Shown: in pieces, positions 17,779 through 27,484 of the stretch
Layout of the letters: each line of letters begins with the position of its first letter
Numbering within the stretch: the stretch's first letter is position 1
Virus record (IMG/VR): IMGVR_UViG_3300048548_000653
Location: 12,978 to 76,977 of that record
Length of the DNA: 64,000 nucleotides
Reading direction: 5' to 3' (one strand)
From: a virus
The notes under the pieces: model-generated
Databases searched by the model: none
What the model was told of the DNA's origin: nothing
The model's input: only the letters and a program-made list of their open reading frames with translations
Translations under genes and position numbers: made by a program

Positions 17779-19960
17779 TCGAACCTATTTTCTGCCATAC
17801 GCTTTCTTGGTTTTGTTCATTGTTTTGTACGTAACCTGTGTATTGTTTGCCTTTGGCATCCTTTGCTATAAAAGATATATCCCAAGGCAAATTATCAATG
17901 TTACCTAATATATATTGTTCTTTTACATCTTTGGCGGTTTGATCTGGATTTTTTAGTTTCCATAACCGTTTAGCTTCTTTAAACTCTTCGTCGGTTTGTT
18001 CTTTATGTTCTACTTCTAATCGTCGTTGTTCTTGTCTGGATTCAAGAACTCTGTCGGCAACACTTCTTCCATCATAGCCGGTTCTATCATTGTTATACAA
18101 CTTGGCATAGGAGACTGAATCAAAGTCTTCTCTGGTACTGGTTCCTGTTCCTGGCTCTCTGGTATTTTCTTCAAGTCGTCCAACATCGTCTCGTGATTGT
18201 GCATATTCATCATACTGATGATCATTGCTTTTATTGTCATTGTTATTTCCCTCCGAGCCTAGCCGAAGACGCTCCTGTCTGCGCATCTCAAATGTGGCTT
18301 GGCTCGCTATAAGCAAAAGGACCGCTAATGGATCGAATACAAATATAATTACTATAATTACCCATCTTACCGCTTCCTCTAGTACATCTTTATCAGCTTC
18401 ATCGTAAATGAATTCTGCAAGATATTTAATTGGTCCTACTTCTGCTTCAAGTTTCCTATATTCTGCTTGTAGAGTATACTTGTCTTCAGTTAAACTGTCA
18501 ATAGTATTATTAAATTCTACAATCTTTTTCTGTTGAGCATTTACTAATACTTCAACGTCTGTGTCTTTGCCTACTGTTAGGCTATCACGCAATCTTTGTA
18601 TAAGATTATTGCTGGCTGCAATTTGTGACTCTGCACCGGCTCTAAGATCTTTTATAGTTTGTCTGGCAGCATTGATACGTGGATCGTCTGCTTTACGTAA
18701 GACAGTAATTTGCTCTTGAGCAGTTTGCCTTGCACTCCTATTAGAAGGAATATCAGTATTCAAAACATTGTCAATCTTTAATTGTATATTAGATTTTGTT
18801 TCTTTGGCTTCATCAATACTATTTGATCTAATTTGATCAATTGCATCTAAAAGACTTTGCTTACGCTGTAGTATAGTTTCAGTCTGCGGTCCACGCAAAT
18901 CTTTTACTAGATCTGTTAGTCGTGTTCTTTCAACATCTAAGGTGCCTTGTGCTTGTGTTCTTAATTCTATTGCTTGTGTTTGTAATGTGTTTATACGTGA
19001 TTGCTGTGCGTCTACCCATTTAGCAAGAGCAGTTCTAGTGTTTCCGCCAAATAGCCCGTCACTGGTAACACCTATAACCGCCTGACCTTCTTGTATCTTG
19101 GCACGTTCTGTACTTTGCAATTTATTAGTAGTAACTACAATTGCATTTTCTATATCGGCAATCTGTTGCTGTAATGCTTCAATTGCACTGTTGTCGATAC
19201 TTACTTCACTTATACGTTGTTCGTATTCATTTGCTTGTGTGTTGATACGTTGTAAATCTTCATCTAGTTGTGCAATCTGATCGTTATAGGGTTGCACTTG
19301 CTCTTCTATACTTGCAACTGTAGTAGTTTCTAATTCTCCTCTGTAGCTATCAGCTACATCTCTTAGACGCTGTAATTCGTTATCTAAACTTGTAATTTCT
19401 TCTTCGTATACAGCCACACGATCTTCTAAATTATCCAGTTGTGTTTGTATGATTACATTTTGTTCATCTATAGCAGGTTGTATACGTTCGTAGGCAGTAT
19501 CGATACGAGTTTGTTCTTTATCTATTTGTGCTTGAGTTTCGTTGTTGCCAATGCCTACACTTGCTTCAGCATCAGCAATACGTGTTTCTGCTCTACTAAT
19601 CAAGTCTTGTATTCTTAGCACTTCTTTATCAATGCGTTCTATTTGTGCTAAGCCTTCTTCGGCAGCACTAGTTTGTTCGATATGTGCTTTTGATAAGAAA
19701 CCAAAAATACCCATACTTGTTATAAACATTAAAACTATTACACTGATACTGAGATAAGTTTTGAGCCACCATTTTGCTTTATCCCAATACCAATGTAGCC
19801 ATACTGCCGTAACAAGTTTTCCAACTTCAAGAGCTGTGCCCATAACTATAATAGGTATGGCGGCTGCTGCAAAAATTGCCACAAGGCCGCTTACCGAGTA
19901 GTAGATAGCAACGGCGCTAATAGTAAGCGCCGTTATCATTACAAAGAAACCAAATATCAT
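17765..19960 (-). CDS. inner-membrane protein with long periplasmic coiled coil and peptidoglycan-binding motif
   Basis: N-terminal TMs, about 430 aa of heptads, central GVTSDGLFGGNTRTAL, late TM (FVFDPLAVLL). Confidence 0.65.
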   Translation of the reverse strand: MIFGFFVMITALTISAVAIYYSVSGLVAIFAAAAIPIIVMGTALEVGKLVTAVWLHWYWDKAKWWLKTYLSISVIVLMFITSMGIFGFLSKAHIEQTSAAEEGLAQIERIDKEVLRIQDLISRAETRIADAEASVGIGNNETQAQIDKEQTRIDTAYERIQPAIDEQNVIIQTQLDNLEDRVAVYEEEITSLDNELQRLRDVADSYRGELETTTVASIEEQVQPYNDQIAQLDEDLQRINTQANEYEQRISEVSIDNSAIEALQQQIADIENAIVVTTNKLQSTERAKIQEGQAVIGVTSDGLFGGNTRTALAKWVDAQQSRINTLQTQAIELRTQAQGTLDVERTRLTDLVKDLRGPQTETILQRKQSLLDAIDQIRSNSIDEAKETKSNIQLKIDNVLNTDIPSNRSARQTAQEQITVLRKADDPRINAARQTIKDLRAGAESQIAASNNLIQRLRDSLTVGKDTDVEVLVNAQQKKIVEFNNTIDSLTEDKYTLQAEYRKLEAEVGPIKYLAEFIYDEADKDVLEEAVRWVIIVIIFVFDPLAVLLLIASQATFEMRRQERLRLGSEGNNNDNKSNDHQYDEYAQSRDDVGRLEENTREPGTGTSTREDFDSVSYAKLYNNDRTGYDGRSVADRVLESRQEQRRLEVEHKEQTDEEFKEAKRLWKLKNPDQTAKDVKEQYILGNIDNLPWDISFIAKDAKGKQYTGYVQNNEQNQESVWQKIGSNDKD

Positions 19961-19972
19961 TATATTATTTAA

Positions 19973-20455
19973 TCACTCCCACCGGTAGAATATATGCGCA
20001 CCTATCCTACCTACTAATTGTAGTGTCTTTGCCCAACGTGGAGACACATATGTAGCGTGATAATGTGTTGCGCCTTCGGTAATGCCACGATATTTGTCAA
20101 ACTTAATTATTCCCCAAGCAATCATTTGTGCTTCAGCCCAACGATCTTGATCCTGTGGATTATCTGACTTACCATCACAGTACCAGCTAAATTGGCAATT
20201 CTTTTTTCCTTTTTTATATCCATCGTGTACAACATCACAAATTGTGTTTGGATAGCGGCTGTCATTTACTCGATTTAAAACCACATCTGCCACTGCTGCT
20301 TTATCGGCAAGATTACTCCCTCTTGCTTCATAATAAACATTTAGAGCTAGACAATGTTCTTGAGGATGAGAGCCAAAGTCAAATAAGTTATTTTGTGCTT
20401 CTGCTTCTACACTAGATGCAGCCAGCAAAAAAACTGCTGTTAAAAATTTTTTCAT
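19973..20455 (-). CDS. cell wall hydrolase SleB (Hydrolase_2)
   Basis: CLALNVYYEARG, VLNRV..YPNTICDVV, CQFSWYCD, GATHYHA, IGAHIFY. Confidence 0.9.
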   Translation of the reverse strand: MKKFLTAVFLLAASSVEAEAQNNLFDFGSHPQEHCLALNVYYEARGSNLADKAAVADVVLNRVNDSRYPNTICDVVHDGYKKGKKNCQFSWYCDGKSDNPQDQDRWAEAQMIAWGIIKFDKYRGITEGATHYHATYVSPRWAKTLQLVGRIGAHIFYRWE

Positions 20456-20467
20456 ATCTACCTTTTA

Positions 20468-20824
20468 TTAATTTCTGCGCATTGCGGAGATGTCTTTTGC
20501 ATCTTCTTTTCTATCCGCAAATACTGGTACCATATTGCTCTTGTGCATTGTTGCAATACCTAGTAATTGGCGTTCACCTGAATATACCATAGACTCTTTT
20601 GCTGGACCGTGTCCTGCAATATTATTGCCTAATTTGACTGTTTCATTTGTACTGTAATCAGGTATCTCGTTTGTGTGCTTGGCTGTGCTTTTGCCAACTC
20701 CCATAGACTCAAGCCACTTTTCGTGTTCTGCTTGTTTCGCTGCAAGACGTTTATTCCTGCTAGTCTTTTGTTTACGATTATACTTTGTGGTGGTCATATA
20801 AGGACCAACTAAGTGCATCGACAT
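20468..20824 (-). CDS. conserved phage hypothetical protein
   Basis: GIATMHKSNMVPV motif; own sigma70 promoter. Confidence 0.65.
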   Translation of the reverse strand: MSMHLVGPYMTTTKYNRKQKTSRNKRLAAKQAEHEKWLESMGVGKSTAKHTNEIPDYSTNETVKLGNNIAGHGPAKESMVYSGERQLLGIATMHKSNMVPVFADRKEDAKDISAMRRN

Positions 20825-20854
20825 AATAAACTCCTGTATTGTTATTACTACATT

Positions 20855-20883
20855 AGTATATACAGGAGCTATTACTTTGTCAA
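20855..20883 (-). promoter_or_regulatory. sigma70-type early promoter
   Basis: TTGACA-17-TATACT. Confidence 0.75.
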
Positions 20884-20884
20884 C

Positions 20885-21124
20885 CTAAAAACTTCGAGGT
20901 CTATTGTATTGTTTTAAATTGCTACGATCTCTCGGCTTTGGCATTTGTTTGCCCGTCATAGAATTGTATTTCTCACTATGTTCTTTTAAATAAGCTAATC
21001 TATCTATAAGCCATTGATAGTTAGGATGAGTTTCATCTATTCGTTTCAACTGATCTTCTACATTTGAAACTGCACGATGTATCCAGCTCCTAATTTCTGC
21101 AATTGTTGTGTAATTAGTGTTCAT
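20885..21124 (-). CDS. hypothetical protein
   Basis: 79-aa ORF in tandem array. Confidence 0.5.
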   Translation of the reverse strand: MNTNYTTIAEIRSWIHRAVSNVEDQLKRIDETHPNYQWLIDRLAYLKEHSEKYNSMTGKQMPKPRDRSNLKQYNRPRSF

Positions 21125-21132
21125 TAGCTAAT

Positions 21133-21609
21133 TTACTTTCCTTCCATAAGTTTTTCAGCTTCCTCGACTGCTTCTTTACTTACCACACCTTCACGCAACA
21201 GTTTCTCTCTATTGGCCATATGCTTCATTTGTATTTCTTCTTTACTACCGCCAAAGTATGCAACGCAATGTCCTTCTGCTATCATAATATCAGTCACTAA
21301 GTCGCCATTTGGTGCTCTAAAGTCACCCAAGATGCGGCCAAACTTGCCCTTCATATCTTCGCCGTGTTTGTTTTCAGTTGTGATAAGTTTTCCACCATTC
21401 TCAAGTAATTCTTTTAATCTTTTCTTTGCAGCCAGTCCAAAAACTTTTTCTACTTTATCACTAGTGCGTGATTCTGGGGTATCAATGCCCATAATTCTTA
21501 CACGCTCATCTTTTAACCATACGTTGAATCCTAGGTCAATGTCTACGTCTACTGTATCACCGTCAACGCATTTAAGTAGTATTACGTCATATTCATTTTG
21601 TGTTTGCAT
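21133..21609 (-). CDS. thermonuclease (SNase-like)
   Basis: VDGDTV, RVRIMGIDTPES, GKFGRILG. Confidence 0.9.
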   Translation of the reverse strand: MQTQNEYDVILLKCVDGDTVDVDIDLGFNVWLKDERVRIMGIDTPESRTSDKVEKVFGLAAKKRLKELLENGGKLITTENKHGEDMKGKFGRILGDFRAPNGDLVTDIMIAEGHCVAYFGGSKEEIQMKHMANREKLLREGVVSKEAVEEAEKLMEGK

Positions 21610-21643
21610 TTTTTGCCCTCTCTAAATAATGTGCCCGTATTAT

Positions 21644-22198
21644 TTATGGAGAAGTATTCTGATGCCACACTGCTAATTCAAATATTTGTATATCTTGGGG
21701 TTGATCTAACACCCATTTAACCGTTTCTGCAACTTTACTAGGCGGCATTTTCTTAATATGCCTGAGAAACTTTATCATATCAGTGTCTGTCCAACCAATA
21801 ATTAAATTTGTTACTCTACAATTAAAAGTACTAACACCGGCTCTCATACGTAATGTTTTGGCTTTAACATTTTCATCTAGTTCTTGCTTGTTTTTAACGT
21901 AGTTACCAAACCCTGCTTGGAATTCTGGATATTTACTAGAACTATTCATATTGATAATAGTTTTATGTTTATATTTCCAATCTTCCCAAAACAAATCAAA
22001 TAATTTTGTTTGATAATTTTGAAACTGTGCATTGTTTATAAAAACATCTGCATCTTTTGCAAGCTCATATATTGCATCAGGTTCATTTATGTTATAACCA
22101 TTTGTTCTACTAAAACCAACAATTTCGTGTTCATTCTCTAACAGTTGTTTAATTGCATTGCCAATTCCTTTGGTATGGCCTGTTAATGCAATCTTCAC
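21644..22198 (-). CDS. short-chain dehydrogenase/reductase
   Basis: TGHTKGIG, FINNA, YVKNK (YxxxK). Confidence 0.85.
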   Translation of the reverse strand: MKIALTGHTKGIGNAIKQLLENEHEIVGFSRTNGYNINEPDAIYELAKDADVFINNAQFQNYQTKLFDLFWEDWKYKHKTIINMNSSSKYPEFQAGFGNYVKNKQELDENVKAKTLRMRAGVSTFNCRVTNLIIGWTDTDMIKFLRHIKKMPPSKVAETVKWVLDQPQDIQIFELAVWHQNTSP

Positions 22199-23883
22199 GC
22201 TAACATTTCTTCCTGTTTTAATGATTGTACGTGATTTATCAATTTAAGTTCAGTGTGATAATTATCAATCCATTGTCTGTTTTTTTGATAAACATCCTGT
22301 GGTACAACTTTAGCTGTTAATATTTTCACTGACTCTAAATGATTGTATCCTAAACTACGTAGCCTTGGATACGCCCAGAAATTGGTGTTGTAACTAAAGT
22401 GTCTTTCAAATGCTGTCTTAGGATGATCCACTAACATTTTTTCCCATTCGATTGCAATTTTTTGTGCATCGTGTAGGTCCATACTGTTATGCTTCCAATA
22501 GTAGTTTGGATAATATTCTAAATGTATTCCGTATGGGTTATCAGGCTTACCTGTAAATGCAGGAGACTTACTATCGTTACCGTCACTTACAAAGAATAAT
22601 TCATATTGTATTTTGTCTAGCACTGTTTGCTCTTGGAACCATTCTGCTGTTTTTATCAAACTTTCTTTTGTTTCGCCAGGCAATCCAATAATCATACTAG
22701 CAAGAATAAAAACATCGTCTTGTGCAACTTCACGCATCCAAACTAATATTTCTTTCATACGTTCTGGATCTAATCCTTTACCTGCAAGTTTACCTGCTGT
22801 ATGATCAAGTGTTTCTACACCCAAGAACACACCTTTGCAACCCATATCAATCATTTTATGCCACATTTCAGGATACTTACTAAACATATCGGGCCTACAA
22901 TAACTAATCCATTCCATTTTAAACGGCAAACTTTTTATGACACTGTGTAACATATCTATTTTTGCTGGACTGTCGTTAACTGTATCATCTGTGAGCATAT
23001 ATCCTGTGACACCAAAGTTTTCATAGTTGTACATAAGTTCTTCACGCAAACAATCTTTGTCCTTAATAAGTGTGCCTCTAATGTCATAGAAACAAAACTT
23101 ACAACCAAACCTACAACCTTTGCTTACCTCAAGTGGTAACCATTCGCCATTCTTAATAGCCATTGAGTGTTGATAGTTGCTTTGTAATACTTTTGCACCA
23201 GTTGATGCCATTTTTGTTTCGTTGATAAAAAAGATACCATTTTTTTCGTGTACCTTTTTTGGATCAAGATTTCCATTTAAAAATTCTACTATGGTATCTT
23301 CTGCATAGCCATTAAACACATAGTTAATGTGTTTTTGGAAAGCTACCGGAAATTTTGCCTCTGGTCTTGTTTTAAAATGTATTTTATACCATAAGTCGGT
23401 TATAGCGCCACCTAGTATAAATTCTATATCAGGATTTATATCCTTAATTTTACTAAACCATTCATCTACTTGTCGTTGTCTTGTAAACCATAGGTTAAAA
23501 TCTTGTGCTCTTGGATTAAATGTATTCAACAAAAATGTTGTGCTTAATCCAATATAAACTGTGTCTTCATTTATAAAATTTTCTAAGTAATCGTGAAAGT
23601 GCTCAATTTTTGTAAACCAATCAATAACTACAACTTCCCAGTCAGGACAATTTTGATGTACAGCACTTGCCACTGCATAAGGACCCATATACCTACTCCA
23701 AAAAGTATATTTGTTATTAGATGAAATCATTTTGACTTCATACTTTTTGTTTGATTTTTCTTGTTGTTCAATATGCAAATTATTAAACGTGTCTTCATCT
23801 AAATCTTGCAAAGAGTCTTGTGTTTGTCCAGAGATGTCATTATCAAATATATCGTTGAGTAGAATGATTCTGTTCTTACGCAT
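22195..23883 (-). CDS. B12-binding-domain radical SAM protein
   Basis: IGLST...LGG N-domain; SKGCRFGCKFC; GVET; IIGLPGET. Confidence 0.85.
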   Translation of the reverse strand: MRKNRIILLNDIFDNDISGQTQDSLQDLDEDTFNNLHIEQQEKSNKKYEVKMISSNNKYTFWSRYMGPYAVASAVHQNCPDWEVVVIDWFTKIEHFHDYLENFINEDTVYIGLSTTFLLNTFNPRAQDFNLWFTRQRQVDEWFSKIKDINPDIEFILGGAITDLWYKIHFKTRPEAKFPVAFQKHINYVFNGYAEDTIVEFLNGNLDPKKVHEKNGIFFINETKMASTGAKVLQSNYQHSMAIKNGEWLPLEVSKGCRFGCKFCFYDIRGTLIKDKDCLREELMYNYENFGVTGYMLTDDTVNDSPAKIDMLHSVIKSLPFKMEWISYCRPDMFSKYPEMWHKMIDMGCKGVFLGVETLDHTAGKLAGKGLDPERMKEILVWMREVAQDDVFILASMIIGLPGETKESLIKTAEWFQEQTVLDKIQYELFFVSDGNDSKSPAFTGKPDNPYGIHLEYYPNYYWKHNSMDLHDAQKIAIEWEKMLVDHPKTAFERHFSYNTNFWAYPRLRSLGYNHLESVKILTAKVVPQDVYQKNRQWIDNYHTELKLINHVQSLKQEEMLA

Positions 23884-23950
23884 TAATAAACCTTTTTGTA
23901 TTTTTTATTATTATACTACAGAATAGAATAATATGCAACTATTTATAGAC

Positions 23951-23975
23951 AAAAAAAGAGCCCGGAGGCTCTTTT
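23951..23975. terminator. Rho-independent terminator after porin
   Basis: aaaagagcc-cgga-ggctctttt. Confidence 0.7.
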
Positions 23976-23997
23976 AAATTTTTGTTTATTTTATAGT

Positions 23998-24789
23998 TTA
24001 GAATGAAAATCCAACTGATACTGATGGAGTTAATTCTTCTTTATCGATATTATAGTTCACTCCGCCTTCGAGCTCAGCGCCACCTAGCAACATAGTATAT
24101 TCACCACCGATATTTTGTAGTGCGTCATCTTGATCACCGTTTGTGTATGCTGTTAAACCACCAAGTCCTGCTGTACCTTCGTATGCAAATTTACTCGCAT
24201 CCATATCATATGACATAGCGCCGCCTAATACTGCTCCGCCAAAAGCAAAGTCGCTTACACCGCCGCCGATTACTGTGTTTTCACTGTCCAGGTTATAATC
24301 TAATGCGCCTGTAACACTTGCAATACCTGCGTCTACAGTGTATGCACCTTGCACGTTACTGATATCTGTTACATCAGTTGTCCAATCAGTAAAACCAAGT
24401 GCTACACTTGCTGCACCTGCTGTAACTTTAACAGATTCAGTCATAACTGGCGCTGTCAATGTGTGATTGCCTTCTGCATCTGGCATTACACCGTTGTCGT
24501 CGCCAATTGCAATTCCAACACTATTTACAGTTGTACCAACTGTCCAATTGTCTAGTGTAATTGAACCGCCGTCTACTGCACTTAAATCTAGATCAACAGT
24601 TGCCAATCCACTAGCATTGATATCTAAATCAAGTGCCATTGCACCACCCCATTTGTCTGTGGTTGCATTTTCTGAGAATGTTAACTCAACTTCGCCTGAT
24701 AGTGTCGGTCCCGATACTACTGCTGGCGCTTCAGCAAATGCCGCTCCCGCGACGAACATTGCTGCTATTGTGGTAAATACGTTACGCAT
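23998..24789 (-). CDS. alphaproteobacterial-type porin
   Basis: signal peptide ending AAFA; TLSGEVEL first strand; acidic Gly-rich beta strands; ends VGFSF. Confidence 0.7.
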   Translation of the reverse strand: MRNVFTTIAAMFVAGAAFAEAPAVVSGPTLSGEVELTFSENATTDKWGGAMALDLDINASGLATVDLDLSAVDGGSITLDNWTVGTTVNSVGIAIGDDNGVMPDAEGNHTLTAPVMTESVKVTAGAASVALGFTDWTTDVTDISNVQGAYTVDAGIASVTGALDYNLDSENTVIGGGVSDFAFGGAVLGGAMSYDMDASKFAYEGTAGLGGLTAYTNGDQDDALQNIGGEYTMLLGGAELEGGVNYNIDKEELTPSVSVGFSF

Positions 24790-24934
24790 AATAATTTCCT
24801 TCTTTTTTGTTATGTGTTCATAAAGCAAAGGGCAAGTTCGACGCTTGCCCTTTCGCTGTGTTATTTATTACAAGCGTTGCTGTGAGTGCAACATTTTGTT
24901 ATAATCTGAAATTTATGTTGTTTTTATGCAACAT

Positions 24935-25363
24935 CTATAGATCAGCCAGTAATGCTTTCATTTTCTTTTTAGACTTGCCACGCATTTTCATATCAGTGAT
25001 TGCATCTAAATTAGATGTATCGTCACCAACGACTACCATTGCAATCATTCCCATTGATTTGTGTGGGGTACATTGGTATAGGTAAATGCCTGGAGCATCA
25101 AATGTAATAGCAACTTCTTTACCATTCTTTGATTTCTTAGGTGCATCCCAGCCATCTGGACCTGCAATAAATTCTACATTGTGACCTTTTGAAGTTGGTA
25201 CCCAAGTAATTGTATCGCCTACATCGATACGAGCAATGTCTTCGGAGTAAACCATTTTAGCTCCGTCGTCACGTTTGTTTAACATTTCAATTGTTGTGTC
25301 TGCGGCTAGTGCTGGTGTCGCCATAACTGCAAGCAATCCTAGTGTAGTCAATAGTTTAATCAT
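24935..25363 (-). CDS. pseudoazurin (blue copper protein)
   Basis: signal peptide; MLNK..GAKMVY; GHNVE; CTPHKSMGM type-1 Cu ligands. Confidence 0.92.
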   Translation of the reverse strand: MIKLLTTLGLLAVMATPALAADTTIEMLNKRDDGAKMVYSEDIARIDVGDTITWVPTSKGHNVEFIAGPDGWDAPKKSKNGKEVAITFDAPGIYLYQCTPHKSMGMIAMVVVGDDTSNLDAITDMKMRGKSKKKMKALLADL

Positions 25364-25384
25364 ATTTTTTCCTTTTCTATATAA

Positions 25385-25603
25385 TTATCCGCCCGGTACA
25401 AATTTATTTTTTGGTTTGTACCAAATTTTTTGGTCGTGTAGTCTGCCGAGTAATTCTTGTATCTCGTGCATTTCTTTTTTGAGCATATCACTTGTTTCGC
25501 CGTTAGCAATTGCCATTCCCCTGCGTCCTGCCTTGGCTCTAAGTGCTTGCTCTATAATTTCAATATCTCTTACTGAAAGAGTAAATTTAATATTAGGCTT
25601 CAT
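25385..25603 (-). CDS. hypothetical protein
   Basis: 72-aa ORF with GAGG RBS. Confidence 0.6.
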   Translation of the reverse strand: MKPNIKFTLSVRDIEIIEQALRAKAGRRGMAIANGETSDMLKKEMHEIQELLGRLHDQKIWYKPKNKFVPGG

Positions 25604-25817
25604 CGGGTACCTCTACCACGTTTTGATTTTCTGGTAAGCATAGAACAGATGTTATTGAGTCATTGAAGCCTGCTTTTGCTATAACTTCTACTGCCAGTCT
25701 ATCACTGTTATCGGGATTCATAACATACTCCACACATTCTTCTTTGGAATTAAATTCTAGTATTGGAATTATAAAAGGGTCTGCTAATGCCATTGTAACG
25801 ATAATTAAAAATTTCAT
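25593..25817 (-). CDS. small exported two-Cys protein
   Basis: hydrophobic N-terminus; FNSKEEC...LCLPE. Confidence 0.55.
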   Translation of the reverse strand: MKFLIIVTMALADPFIIPILEFNSKEECVEYVMNPDNSDRLAVEVIAKAGFNDSITSVLCLPENQNVVEVPDEA

Positions 25818-25942
25818 AAACTGTTCCATTCAACCTTTACATATTGTGCGTCTAATTCATCTCTGTACTCAATTGCATCCAAAACACAATTAAATACACG
25901 TCTAACAGTACTATCTGAAAAATATCCTATAATTTCAATCAT
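25814..25942 (-). CDS. hypothetical protein (42 aa; not in ORF track)
   Basis: TAATG and ATGA coupling at both ends; MIEIIGYFSDSTVRRVF... Confidence 0.5.
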   Translation of the reverse strand: MIEIIGYFSDSTVRRVFNCVLDAIEYRDELDAQYVKVEWNSL

Positions 25943-26151
25943 TACCAAACTCCTAATGTTTTAGCATTGCCTGCTATAATAAAGCAACAAGTTAATATGT
26001 GTAAGACAATCCAAAATGTTCTAAATGCTAATGCACGCCTTACATCTGTTTGTGTTATGGGTAAGAACTCTGGCTTGTCATCGTCATCAAGGCCTATTGG
26101 CATTCCTACTGTCCTTGCCCACATTTTTAAAAAGCGTCTTTGTCCGCTCAA
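25942..26151 (-). CDS. small membrane protein
   Basis: WARTVG...RTFWIVLHILTC TM. Confidence 0.55.
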   Translation of the reverse strand: MSGQRRFLKMWARTVGMPIGLDDDDKPEFLPITQTDVRRALAFRTFWIVLHILTCCFIIAGNAKTLGVW

Positions 26152-26561
26152 GTTCTATTACCTCTTAGGGCAAAGTACATACCACCTACCCATAACAATA
26201 CGTGTAAGTTATCATACAGTAAAACGTCCCAAAAACTTGCTGGTTCTCCTATCCAAATAACTCCTGTCATAATACTTGCAATGGTAATACCGCTGAAGCG
26301 TGTAATTAAATCACCAATTTCTTTGGTCTTTTTCACATAACCTAGCAATCCGCCGATTAATATACCTATTGCTCCACCTATTTCACCAAGTACAACAAAA
26401 GTCCAAACCAACAATGTTAGTCCAAAGGATTCTGCTGTATCAACATCAATAGGCCATTTGTCTAATCCTTGCTGTAAGAAAACAACAATGATTGGTATAC
26501 GTATGAGCCAATGTGTCATACAAAATTCTGGTATTTTACTTGTAATAGTTTTTAAGGACAT
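26148..26561 (-). CDS. DoxX-family membrane protein
   Basis: LIRIP..VFLQQGLDKW, GEIGG; four hydrophobic segments. Confidence 0.7.
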   Translation of the reverse strand: MSLKTITSKIPEFCMTHWLIRIPIIVVFLQQGLDKWPIDVDTAESFGLTLLVWTFVVLGEIGGAIGILIGGLLGYVKKTKEIGDLITRFSGITIASIMTGVIWIGEPASFWDVLLYDNLHVLLWVGGMYFALRGNRT

Positions 26562-26782
26562 TTGAAATTTTTACACCCATTTAAGTTAGTAGGAGCATAT
26601 ACACTCCCATCATATTGCGAACCTGTTTTAGCTTCGCCTGTTTCTACACCAAAGTTACAACTGGTTACTGCTAGGAAAAAAGCAAGTGCTCCATACACTG
26701 TCCATTTGGTCCATTTCATAAACTCGCCAAAAGTTTGCTCCGATGTAGCTTGAGCAACTGGTCGCGGATCTAGCTCCCCCAT
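26552..26782 (-). CDS. aa3-type cytochrome c oxidase subunit IV-like small membrane protein
   Basis: SEQTFGEFMKWTKWTVYGALAFFLAV resembles the CtaH pattern (E-x-T-F-x-x-F plus TM). Confidence 0.4.
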   Translation of the reverse strand: MGELDPRPVAQATSEQTFGEFMKWTKWTVYGALAFFLAVTSCNFGVETGEAKTGSQYDGSVYAPTNLNGCKNFKCP

Positions 26783-26955
26783 CCAGCAAACTCCTCTTTG
26801 TTTTTCATACGTTCGTGACGTGTTGGCAGATAATGTTCGGTTATACCCAAACAGTCCCAACCTGTTTCTGCAAGCCACTCAGCTAGGTGAGTTTTACTTG
26901 TAAACTTCATAGAGAATGTTTCTCCAGATTGTCTATTTAAAATGGTATAATTCAT
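26770..26955 (-). CDS. hypothetical protein
   Basis: ATGA-coupled ORF. Confidence 0.55.
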   Translation of the reverse strand: MNYTILNRQSGETFSMKFTSKTHLAEWLAETGWDCLGITEHYLPTRHERMKNKEEFAGWGS

Positions 26956-27125
26956 TTGTTCAGTCCAAAGCAAGGTAAAATATTTAAATTACAATAACGG
27001 CCGTAATCTTCTAATCCAACCATCATCATAAGCATTAATACGGGTAAAACAGCAATAACAAAGAATATAACTAAGAAAGCCCAGCCTAATCCTTTGGTTG
27101 TGCAATATTGTGTTTGTTCACTCAT
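26952..27125 (-). CDS. small membrane protein (57 aa; not in ORF track)
   Basis: MSEQTQYCTTKGLGWAFLVIFFV...YCNLNILPCFGLNK; coupled at both ends. Confidence 0.55.
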   Translation of the reverse strand: MSEQTQYCTTKGLGWAFLVIFFVIAVLPVLMLMMMVGLEDYGRYCNLNILPCFGLNK

Positions 27126-27484
27126 TCGTGTTCGCCTCCCGCTGCACGGCCGTTGTACTTACGACCAGACTTCATAATGTTGTTTAGTGACGCTGGATTG
27201 TTTTCTGCTTGACGGAATGTCACAACTGTGATTGTGATACCGCTGATGAGCAATATGTGGAAGGCTGCACTAATACCAAAAGCCAAATAACTTCCTACCA
27301 TTACAGCAAAGATACCACTCCAAATAAAGAATAGACATTGAAAGATCATATGACCTACCATAGGGTCTAAGTTGCGTAGTGGTGACTTTTCTACTGTCAT
27401 AACGCTGTCCCACATCTCGCGTGGCATAGTAATTAGTGATGAAATAGTTGTTGCCCAACCAATGGGTTTACTTGGTTTATTCAT
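27122..27484 (-). CDS. membrane protein
   Basis: two TMs; AGGAG RBS; TTGACT-17-TATATA promoter upstream. Confidence 0.6.
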   Translation of the reverse strand: MNKPSKPIGWATTISSLITMPREMWDSVMTVEKSPLRNLDPMVGHMIFQCLFFIWSGIFAVMVGSYLAFGISAAFHILLISGITITVVTFRQAENNPASLNNIMKSGRKYNGRAAGGEHE

